From positions 3,040,001-3,104,000 of the forward strand of contig CAXXTU010000002.1 of assembly GCA_963662655.2 (NCBI GenBank): a DNA stretch of 64,000 nt, read 5' to 3'. The stretch comes from Candidatus Cloacimonadales bacterium (lineage in GTDB: Bacteria; Cloacimonadota; Cloacimonadia; Cloacimonadales; JAIOQZ01). This document shows positions 56,726 to 64,000 of the stretch, piece by piece (the stretch's first letter is position 1; every line of letters begins with the position of its first letter). Both the position numbers and the translations under genes were made by a program. The notes beneath the pieces were generated by a model that saw nothing but the letters and a program-made list of their open reading frames with translations, had not been told where the DNA came from and ran no database searches.

Positions 56726-57214
56726 ATGAAACAGCCTTTTGTAAGATTCCTGCTGATTGTTTTCCTCATCGTATTCTTGATTCTGAACCCGCTCTCAACG
56801 CGTCTGATGACCCTCGGTACTGCGCTTTTCTATAAGCTCGAGCCAACCTATTTCTACCGGATGATCGGCGCGGAAAGCTCGTTCCTGTTCTGGGCGCATT
56901 CCCACAAAGACGCCATTGGCTTGGGCCAGGTGAAGGAAGAAACTGCCCGGTATATATTTCCCGGATTCCCCCGGTTGTTGCTATGGTTCCCCCCGGCAAA
57001 CCTGCAAATCTCCGCCACCTATCTGAAATACCTCCTCAAACGCTACAACAACAACTGGAGTATTGCGTTAGCCGCCTACAACTGGGGTGAGACGAACGTC
57101 GATCGAACGCTGAGAGATAACGGCGTAACTGTAGAAAAAACAAAGGACTACCGTTACCTCTTCTCGAATATCCCGGAAACCAGTAAATTCCTGAACAAGA
57201 TTATGCAGAAGTAA
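56726..57214 (+). CDS. Lytic transglycosylase (SLT domain), membrane-anchored
   Basis: AESS catalytic Glu, AIGLGQV, ALAAYNWG, PET. Confidence 0.85.
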   Translation: MKQPFVRFLLIVFLIVFLILNPLSTRLMTLGTALFYKLEPTYFYRMIGAESSFLFWAHSHKDAIGLGQVKEETARYIFPGFPRLLLWFPPANLQISATYLKYLLKRYNNNWSIALAAYNWGETNVDRTLRDNGVTVEKTKDYRYLFSNIPETSKFLNKIMQK

Positions 57215-57318
57215 ACGAAGTCTCGGTTTTGAGTGGTCTGAGAATTGCATAAATATCGATGAAATATATGAAATAGGGAAGTTTTTGCCGGTTGCTGAGC
57301 AACCGAAGGAAATAATTC

Positions 57319-58386
57319 ATGGCGGACGAAGCACAAGAAAAAACTGAGAAACCTACCCCGCGACGCAAAAGCAAGGCGAGGAAGGACGGCAACGTAGCGC
57401 AGAGCCAGGAGGTTCACACAGCCTTCTTTCTGTTTCTGATGTTGCTCTATTTCAGTCTGATGGGCGGCTGGATGATGTCGCAGTTCCAGCTGCACACCGA
57501 TCTGATGCTTCGAGCCATCGGGACGCCAATTACGTTCCTGAGCATACGGGAAATCTACGTCCAGGCAATCAAGTACCTTTTCGTCGTCTTCGCGCCCATC
57601 TCCCTCGTTCTGCTTGTGTCGGCGTTTGTCAGCTCATTCGTCCAGTTCGGCTGGCTCTTCTCGACAAACTCCCTCAAGCTGAAGTGGAATTCCGTGTTCA
57701 ACTTTAAAAACCAGTTCAAGAACATGTTCTCCATGGAAGCGCTTCAGCGACTGGTGAAGAGCGTTCTCAAGCTGGTGATCCTTCTGTTTATCGCCTACAT
57801 GACCGTTCGCCCGAAGTTGCAGGCCTTTATGGCGCTACCGGATATGGAAGTCGCGCAGATTTTCGCGTTTGCCGGAAAGCTGGTTCTGAAGCTCCTTCTG
57901 AACATTCTCATCGCATATATCTTCATCGCAATTGCCGATTTTGCCGTGACGCACTACCTGCACACCAAGAAATTGAAGATGTCGAAATCGGAAGTGAAAG
58001 ACGAGCGTCGGCAGATGGAAGGCGACCCGCAAGTAAAGAACAAGATTCGTCAGCTCATGTTCCAGACGACACTCAAGCGCATGATGGAAAAGGTTCCCGA
58101 AGCCGATGTGGTCATTACAAACCCGATCCATCTGGCGGTGGCGATCCGCTACAACATCCACCAGGACGACGCGCCGGTTGTCGTAGCAAAAGGCAAGAGA
58201 CTTATCGCGGAGCGCATCAAGGAACTGGCGCGACAAAACAATATCCCCATCGTGGAAGATAAACCACTGGCAAGGTTGCTGTTCAAGACGACCCAAATCG
58301 GTCAGCAGATCAGCGTGGAGCTTTACGGAGCGGTCGCTGAAATCCTTGCCTATGTATACAACATGAAGAAAAAGCGAGTGATCTGA
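57319..58386 (+). CDS. flhB: Flagellar export apparatus protein FlhB
   Basis: EKTEKPTPRR...ARKDGNVAQSQE, KMSKSEVKDERRQMEGDPQVK, VITNPIHLAVA, AVAEILAYVY. Confidence 0.95.
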   Translation: MADEAQEKTEKPTPRRKSKARKDGNVAQSQEVHTAFFLFLMLLYFSLMGGWMMSQFQLHTDLMLRAIGTPITFLSIREIYVQAIKYLFVVFAPISLVLLVSAFVSSFVQFGWLFSTNSLKLKWNSVFNFKNQFKNMFSMEALQRLVKSVLKLVILLFIAYMTVRPKLQAFMALPDMEVAQIFAFAGKLVLKLLLNILIAYIFIAIADFAVTHYLHTKKLKMSKSEVKDERRQMEGDPQVKNKIRQLMFQTTLKRMMEKVPEADVVITNPIHLAVAIRYNIHQDDAPVVVAKGKRLIAERIKELARQNNIPIVEDKPLARLLFKTTQIGQQISVELYGAVAEILAYVYNMKKKRVI

Positions 58387-58387
58387 T

Positions 58388-60472
58388 ATGCTGGACACAA
58401 AGTCTGATCTTCAAGCCAAACTGGCGCGCAAAAGCGACTTCATGGTCGGTGCCGGGATCGTCCTGATCCTGCTGGTCATGATGGTCCCAATGCCCAAGCT
58501 GTTAATCGACATACTCCTGGTGTTCAACTTCATGATGGCGTTCATCATCCTGCTGGCGCCCATCTACATCCTCAGGCCGAGCGAATTTTCCGTCTTTCCC
58601 GGATTGCTCTTGGTCATTACGTTGTTCAGGCTTTCGCTCAACGTGGCCACGACGCGCCTCATCCTGGGCGAAGCGGACGCCGGCGCTATCATCCAGGCGT
58701 TCGGTTCATTCCTGATTCGCGGTAACTACATCGTCGGCCTGATCATCTTCTTGATCCTGTTCATCATCAACTTCAAGGTTATCACCGCCGGTTCCAGCCG
58801 CGTGGCTGAAGTTGCCGCCCGTTTCACTTTGGACGCGATGCCCGGTAAGCAGATGGCTGTCGACGCCGACCTGAACAACGGGATCATCACCGAAGCGGAA
58901 GCACGCAAGATGCGAGACGACATCCGTCGCGACGGAGATTTCTACGGAGCGATGGACGGTGCCGCCAAGTTCGTGAAAGGCGACGCCACCGCCGGACTCA
59001 TCATCACCGTCCTGAACATCATCGGCGGTATCATCATCGGTATGGTTCAATTGAAGATGACTCTTGTGAATGCGCTCCAGACCTATACGATCCTGACGGT
59101 CGGTGACGGACTCGTGGCGCAGATTCCCGCGATTCTCATCTCCTCCGCGACCGGTATCATCGTTACACGTGCCGGCACGAAATCGAACCTCGGCGAAGAG
59201 TTGATCACGCAGGTTTTCAACGAGCCCAAAGCGCTCTATGTGTCCGCAGCGGTGATCGTCCTCTTCGGATTTGTACCCGGAATGCCGTGGTACCTCTTCG
59301 GGCCCATGGGTTTGGGACTCGGGCTTTTTGCCTGGTTCCTCGGGAAATCGATGAAGATGAAGCAGGAAGAAGACGAGCAGGTCGAAGTCCCGGTCGAAGC
59401 CGAGCCGCAGGGTCCTCCGGACATGAGCGAGTACCTTCAGGTCGATGCTCTCGAGCTGGAAATCGGGTACAGCCTCATCTCCCTCGTGGACGAGAACCAG
59501 AAGGGAGATTTGCTGGATCGCATCACCAGCCTGCGAAAACAGATCGCGCTGGAGATTGGTATTATTGTTCCGCCCATTCGCGTTCGTGACAACATTTCGC
59601 TGGTTCCGAACCAGTATCTGATAAAAATTCGCGGTGAGCAGATCAGCTCCGGCGATTGTCTCGTAAACCACTTCCTGGCGCTCGATCCGGGAACCGTCGA
59701 AAAGCCCATCAAGGGCATCGAAACCCGAGAACCCGCATTCGGGCTTCCGGCAATCTGGATTTCGGAAGACAAGAAGGATATCGCCGAGATGCACGGCTAC
59801 ACGGTGATCGAACCCGCCGCGATGATCGCGACTCACATTTCCGAGATTGTTAAGTCCGGCGCGGATCAGATCATTACCCGCCAGGATGTCCAGAAGCTGC
59901 TGGAAAACGTCAAGAAGGACAATGAAGCGGTGGTCAACGAACTCGTACCCGGCATGCTCTCCATCGGCGCGGTCGAGCAGGTTCTCAAGAACCTCCTGCA
60001 CGAAGGCGTCCCCATCCGCGATATGGTGACCATCCTCGAAACGCTCGCGGACTACGCGCCGTTCGTCAAAGACGTCGACTCGCTTACCGAATATGTCCGC
60101 TACGCCCTGGCGCGGACGATTGCCCGAAGGTTCATCGCCAGCGACGGCACAGTCTATGGAATCACGCTTTCGCCGCAACTGGAGCAGCTTATCAACGACG
60201 TCGTGCAGCGCAACAAGCAGAAGCCCGGGCAGGTGAGTATCCCGCCGAACATCGTCAATTCCATGTACGACGACCTCGCCCAGGCAGTCAAGGAGATGAA
60301 CCGGACCGGTCTCCAGCCGTTGTTGATGGTAGCTCCGTCCATACGGCGGTATGTAAAACGGCTGATCGAACCCGCCATCGCGACCCTGCCGGTGATTTCG
60401 TTCAACGAGATTCCCACCCACATCCCGCTGCAATCCCGCATACAGGTCGATCTGGACCCGAAAGCGGCGTAG
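58388..60472 (+). CDS. flhA: Flagellar export apparatus protein FlhA
   Basis: FRLSLNVATTRLIL, RVAEVAARFTLDAMPGKQMAVDADL, FYGAMDGAAKFVKGDA, ELEIGYSLISLVD, EPAFGLPAIWI. Confidence 0.96.
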   Translation: MLDTKSDLQAKLARKSDFMVGAGIVLILLVMMVPMPKLLIDILLVFNFMMAFIILLAPIYILRPSEFSVFPGLLLVITLFRLSLNVATTRLILGEADAGAIIQAFGSFLIRGNYIVGLIIFLILFIINFKVITAGSSRVAEVAARFTLDAMPGKQMAVDADLNNGIITEAEARKMRDDIRRDGDFYGAMDGAAKFVKGDATAGLIITVLNIIGGIIIGMVQLKMTLVNALQTYTILTVGDGLVAQIPAILISSATGIIVTRAGTKSNLGEELITQVFNEPKALYVSAAVIVLFGFVPGMPWYLFGPMGLGLGLFAWFLGKSMKMKQEEDEQVEVPVEAEPQGPPDMSEYLQVDALELEIGYSLISLVDENQKGDLLDRITSLRKQIALEIGIIVPPIRVRDNISLVPNQYLIKIRGEQISSGDCLVNHFLALDPGTVEKPIKGIETREPAFGLPAIWISEDKKDIAEMHGYTVIEPAAMIATHISEIVKSGADQIITRQDVQKLLENVKKDNEAVVNELVPGMLSIGAVEQVLKNLLHEGVPIRDMVTILETLADYAPFVKDVDSLTEYVRYALARTIARRFIASDGTVYGITLSPQLEQLINDVVQRNKQKPGQVSIPPNIVNSMYDDLAQAVKEMNRTGLQPLLMVAPSIRRYVKRLIEPAIATLPVISFNEIPTHIPLQSRIQVDLDPKAA

Positions 60473-60572
60473 GGAAGAGGAAATCGGAGACGAATTGTCA
60501 CGCTGAGTTGCTTCTGTGACATCGGATATACCTAGTGTCTTTTTATATGTTGTGCTGGTCCCATTTTCGTTG

Positions 60573-60598
60573 TGTCATGCTGAGCGGAGTCGAAGCAT
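60573..60598 (+). repeat. REP-like short motif TGTCATGCTGAGCGGAGTCGAAGCAT
   Basis: Recalled resemblance to the 'GTCA..CTGAGCGGAGTCGAAG' extragenic repeat family; only one clear copy in the window. Confidence 0.45.
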
Positions 60599-60639
60599 AA
60601 AAAATCCCCCCCCCTCCAATTTAAAAGCGAGCCCTGATA

Positions 60640-60821
60640 GACGCGAGCAGATTCGTTCGATCGTCCGCGCAGGCGTGGTGTTGCACGTCGAAAATTCTGC
60701 TTTCGTGTAACGAAAACGATATCTTCGAACGAAAGTTTTTTGCGGAGCGAAATAACGAGAGTGGATTTATAGACGTGCTATATCCACGCTGGAGCGGAAG
60801 ATCGGGCGAAGATGCCGTGTC
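60640..60821 (+). repeat. Dispersed long-hairpin repeat, copy 3 (expanded apical loop)
   Basis: GACGCGAGCAGATTCGTTCGATC...GATCGGGCGAAGATGCCGTGTC. Confidence 0.85.
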
Positions 60822-60827
60822 GTTCGG

Positions 60828-61844
60828 CTATATCAGGCGGATCCCTTTCGTTGAAAAGGCGTTCAGGTTGAGGTCGGCGAAATCTTCCTGCTTGTACTTC
60901 TCGATGGCTGCGATGGCGATCATGGCCGCGTTGTCCGTGCAGTAAACCGGAGCGGGAATGTACAGTTCAGCGTCCATTTTACGGGCGGCTTTTTGCATCT
61001 CGAACCGCAATAAGCTGTTCGCGGTTACGCCTCCGGCCAGCAGGATTCGCTTGATCTTGTTCTGGCGCGCAAACCGGACAGTTTTCTTCACCAGAGGTTC
61101 TACGATCGCAGCTTGAACGGATGCGGCGATGTCGCTGCGATGCTGCTCGATGAATTCCGGCGTGTTTTTTTCTATGTATTGCATGGCGGCTGTCTTCATG
61201 CCGCTGTAGCTGAAATGGAAGTTGTCATTCTGATCGAGCGCTCGTGGAAAGCGATAGAACTTTGGATCGCCGTTTTTCGCTGCCTTGTCGATGGCCGGTC
61301 CCCCCGGATACCCGAGATCGAGGATCTTCGCAATCTTGTCGAACGCCTCGCCGGCAGCATCGTCCAGTGTCTGCCCGATCAATCGGTAGTCGCTTTCGTC
61401 ATGGAACCAGACCAACTCCGTGTGACCACCCGAGACGACAAGTGCGAGATAGGGAGGCTTCAACTCTGGATGCTCGATTCGGTTCGCGTTGATATGCCCG
61501 ATCATGTGGTTAACCGCAATGAGCGGAATACCGAGTCCCCACGCATAGCTTTTTGCGAAGGATACGCCCACCAGCAACGCACCGATCAAGCCGGGATTGA
61601 CCGATACGGCCACCGCGCAGAGCTCTTCGGGCCTGGTGCCCGATTCTTCCAGCGCTCTTTGCACGATGGGCATGATGTTTTTGAGATGAACGCGTGAAGC
61701 CAGTTCCGGCACCACGCCACCGTACAATTTATGTACTTCCTGCGAGGACACGATATTCGCGTGGACCTTGTAGTCAAGATCGACGATCGAGGCCGACGTG
61801 TCATCGCATGAGGTTTCGATTCCGAGAATCTTAGTCCGTTTCAA
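60828..61844 (-). CDS. tsaD: tRNA N6-adenosine threonylcarbamoyltransferase
   Basis: ILGIETSCDDT, GGVVPELASR.H, NHMIGH, VSGGHT, DDAAGEAFDK, CTDNAAMIA; likely TTG start at 61844. Confidence 0.96.
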   Translation of the reverse strand: MKRTKILGIETSCDDTSASIVDLDYKVHANIVSSQEVHKLYGGVVPELASRVHLKNIMPIVQRALEESGTRPEELCAVAVSVNPGLIGALLVGVSFAKSYAWGLGIPLIAVNHMIGHINANRIEHPELKPPYLALVVSGGHTELVWFHDESDYRLIGQTLDDAAGEAFDKIAKILDLGYPGGPAIDKAAKNGDPKFYRFPRALDQNDNFHFSYSGMKTAAMQYIEKNTPEFIEQHRSDIAASVQAAIVEPLVKKTVRFARQNKIKRILLAGGVTANSLLRFEMQKAARKMDAELYIPAPVYCTDNAAMIAIAAIEKYKQEDFADLNLNAFSTKGIRLI

Positions 61845-62790
61845 TTTTCCTGACCTGTATCCTTTCGGGAGTGAATTCGATGATCTTGACATCAGCCGGA
61901 GGATTGAACTCGATCTTTAACTCATCCCCGGTTTTCACACCTTCGAGGTTAACGAATGGGTTCAGTTCCTCTCCATCCATCTCGTCCAGCATGTCTTTTC
62001 GCCCTCTCACGAGCGCCGAAACCTTTTGCGGCATGATCTCGAACTCCGAAGAGCGTGGATTGAAGATGGGAATCAGCGGAATGGTTACGGTAACGTACTG
62101 CGCCGTGGAAATATCGATCTTGATCTTATCGGCCAGAAGCTTCACGGAGGGATCGGGGCTCACGAGCGATACCGTGGCGATGTAGTCTTTCACCATCCTC
62201 TTCGATATCGGCTCGGTCGATATCCGATCAACCGATTTGAGCAATTTCTGAGGCCCCTTAACGTCTACCCGCGATATGTTGATGATCATGTTCTTCTCGT
62301 TGAAATAAGCCCGGTCGTCCGCACTCGCGAAAATCAGTTCCACCGGCTTTTTGACGGTTATCACCTTGTCCAGCCTGATCTCGAGCCATTCCTCGAAGTC
62401 GAACTGCATTTTGTCCGAGCGCATCTCCTTGCGCATCTTCACCGGAACGTAAAGGTCCTCCCGCGTAACTCGAACGGTGTTGCTTCCTTCGGAAAACCGC
62501 TGCGCATCGATGCTGATATACGCGTTGTTGCCCTCGGAAGCTTGCAGGGATGTGTTGTTTCCCTGGAAAAACTGCTGTACCTTGAGCTTGAAGAGGTCGT
62601 ACCCCTTGCCCTCGATCTCAATCTGAATCTCGTCCTGGTTCATGCCGACCAGTATCATATCCTGAGGAATGTCGCGCAGTTTAACCGGCACGCGGAAATG
62701 GATCGTCTGCTCCTTCATGAGTTCCTGTTGGGCCCAGAGGAACACGGCGATCGCCAGCGCGAAGATCTTCAGGAACAAATTCTTTCCCAT
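61831..62790 (-). CDS. YbbR/CdaR-like membrane protein
   Basis: N-terminal NLFLKIFALAIAVFLW anchor; repeated 'V.V.G' YbbR-like units. Confidence 0.75.
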   Translation of the reverse strand: MGKNLFLKIFALAIAVFLWAQQELMKEQTIHFRVPVKLRDIPQDMILVGMNQDEIQIEIEGKGYDLFKLKVQQFFQGNNTSLQASEGNNAYISIDAQRFSEGSNTVRVTREDLYVPVKMRKEMRSDKMQFDFEEWLEIRLDKVITVKKPVELIFASADDRAYFNEKNMIINISRVDVKGPQKLLKSVDRISTEPISKRMVKDYIATVSLVSPDPSVKLLADKIKIDISTAQYVTVTIPLIPIFNPRSSEFEIMPQKVSALVRGRKDMLDEMDGEELNPFVNLEGVKTGDELKIEFNPPADVKIIEFTPERIQVRKIETD

Positions 62791-63019
62791 TGATTATCCT
62801 GTGTTTTTATTCAAATTACATCTTTATAGATACGATTTTTTTTGTCAAAGCGTATTCTGTCATACCTCACATGCGACCCTGCCCCGTTAACCGGTACCGA
62901 CGCTCTTTTTGTAGAACGTCAACTCAGAAAAATATTTACAAAAATTTTCAAGCAATTTAACATTGCCATGTTGGATATATCACAAACTTGATTTGGCATT
63001 GCGAAGACAGGAGGCTCTG

Positions 63020-64000
63020 ATGAAATACCATTCGTTGTTTTTCAGCTTGTGCGTGTTCGCACTTCTTTTTTCTCCCCTATATTCCACCGACGGAAGTGAG
63101 TTCAACGATAATAGCATAAATACATCTCCGATGCCTCTCCTGACAATCTCCGGTCGTTGCGTTGCGAACAGTGAGCCCGACATGGGGCTGGCGAATGTGC
63201 AAATCAGCCTGACTGGATACGAAACGCATCAGACAACCACGGATGGCTCCGGTTTCTTTACGCTGGATAACGTCACCTCGGGCCATACATACGAGCTGAC
63301 GGCATCCCTCTATGGATTCATCGACGGCGTCTTCGAGGTCGTTCTGGAGGATGAAGATATCGATCTGGGGGACATGATTCTCCTAACAAGACCGCCACAT
63401 CCGTCAAATGTTACCGCAACGATCAGTCCGGACTATACTTACGTGACCATTTCATGGTCACTGAACTCGGAGGAATACGTTGAATACCGCTACGATGACG
63501 GTAGTGTTGTCGGTCAGCTCGGATATCAAAACGCGAGCGAAAATGTGCGGCTGGGCTCGGTGCATTTACGTGACGCAGCGATCGATGGCTTGTCCTGGTA
63601 TCTCACGGATGACTTGGTTTCCCATTCAACCGTGAACCTGTACATCTACGGCCTGGACGAGAGCGGAGTCCCCAACGCCGACGATGTTCTCTATGAGATC
63701 ACCGGGGTGCAGAGCGAGGACAACACCTGGAACACACTGGAGATCGAAAATCCTGTTGAAGCTCCCGATGGATTCTTCATCGGAATCAATACGCCGGATC
63801 GGTTTGTTTCTCTCGGCACGGATGACGGGTTTGGCGATCCTTACACATATATCGCAGGAACGCAGTGGGCAACGAATTCTGTTAGCACAAACGAGTGGTA
63901 TACAACGGGTGATCTTGGCTTTCCCAACAATTTAGCGATACGCGCGATGGGGACCGACAACGGCGGGATCGAGCGACCTGTGCAACGCGCAAAGAACAAT
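63020..64000 (+). CDS. Secreted protein with carboxypeptidase-regulatory-like domain (3' end runs off the window)
   Basis: Not in ORF track. After AGGAGG RBS: MKYHSLFFSLCVFALLFSPLYS...LANVQISLTG...TTTDGSGFFTL...YRYDDGS; open to the window end. Confidence 0.75.
   Translation, partial: MKYHSLFFSLCVFALLFSPLYSTDGSEFNDNSINTSPMPLLTISGRCVANSEPDMGLANVQISLTGYETHQTTTDGSGFFTLDNVTSGHTYELTASLYGFIDGVFEVVLEDEDIDLGDMILLTRPPHPSNVTATISPDYTYVTISWSLNSEEYVEYRYDDGSVVGQLGYQNASENVRLGSVHLRDAAIDGLSWYLTDDLVSHSTVNLYIYGLDESGVPNADDVLYEITGVQSEDNTWNTLEIENPVEAPDGFFIGINTPDRFVSLGTDDGFGDPYTYIAGTQWATNSVSTNEWYTTGDLGFPNNLAIRAMGTDNGGIERPVQRAKNN

Noticed and set aside
57319..60472. Injectisome (SctU/SctV) interpretation
   Set aside because: Motifs such as EPAFGLPAIWI and ELEIGYSLISLVD and the flhB-flhA order fit the flagellar family better; no other injectisome genes are present.
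60606..60614. C9 homopolymer as a phase-variation tract
   Set aside because: It lies between convergent gene 3' ends, with no promoter or CDS to switch.
41429..60821. Hairpin repeats as integron attC sites or CRISPR repeats
   Set aside because: No RYYYAAC/GTTRRRY ends, mixed orientation, separated by multi-gene stretches, and no integrase or cas genes.

Overview
Bacterial chromosome segment. Many secreted proteins end in a 'YPNPFNPxTTI...G(I/V)Y.Y......KM.L.K' FlgD-Ig/T9SS type-A-like sorting domain, and the gene families fit an FCB-group anaerobe, most likely Cloacimonadota-like (inference, not searched). Contents: (1) a minus-strand housekeeping operon (pgsA, degenerate FtsEX-like pair, nadA, dut, ispA, xseB, thiN); (2) a MacAB-type ABC exporter operon with a sigma54 promoter; (3) a 17-kb minus-strand cluster of large acidic secreted/surface proteins, including a tandem-duplicated, frameshifted paralog; (4) panD-panC-lhgO-like genes; (5) a flagellin-glycosylation-type GT cluster interrupted by an AT-rich HigBA module; (6) a second secreted-protein cluster (M1 peptidase, LVIVD protein, cohesin/dockerin pair); (7) an isolated flhB-flhA pair, tsaD and a YbbR-like gene. 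The best candidate for a new system is split-FN3 'donor-strand' docking: two giant secreted proteins without a sorting domain end in an FN3 domain missing its last strand, and a small adjacent secreted protein begins with exactly that strand (ESEPSDVVGY). Also notable are a three-copy, strand-specific, covarying long-hairpin intergenic element and a perfect four-way-junction element. No rRNA, tRNA, CRISPR array, transposase, integrase or reverse transcriptase was seen.
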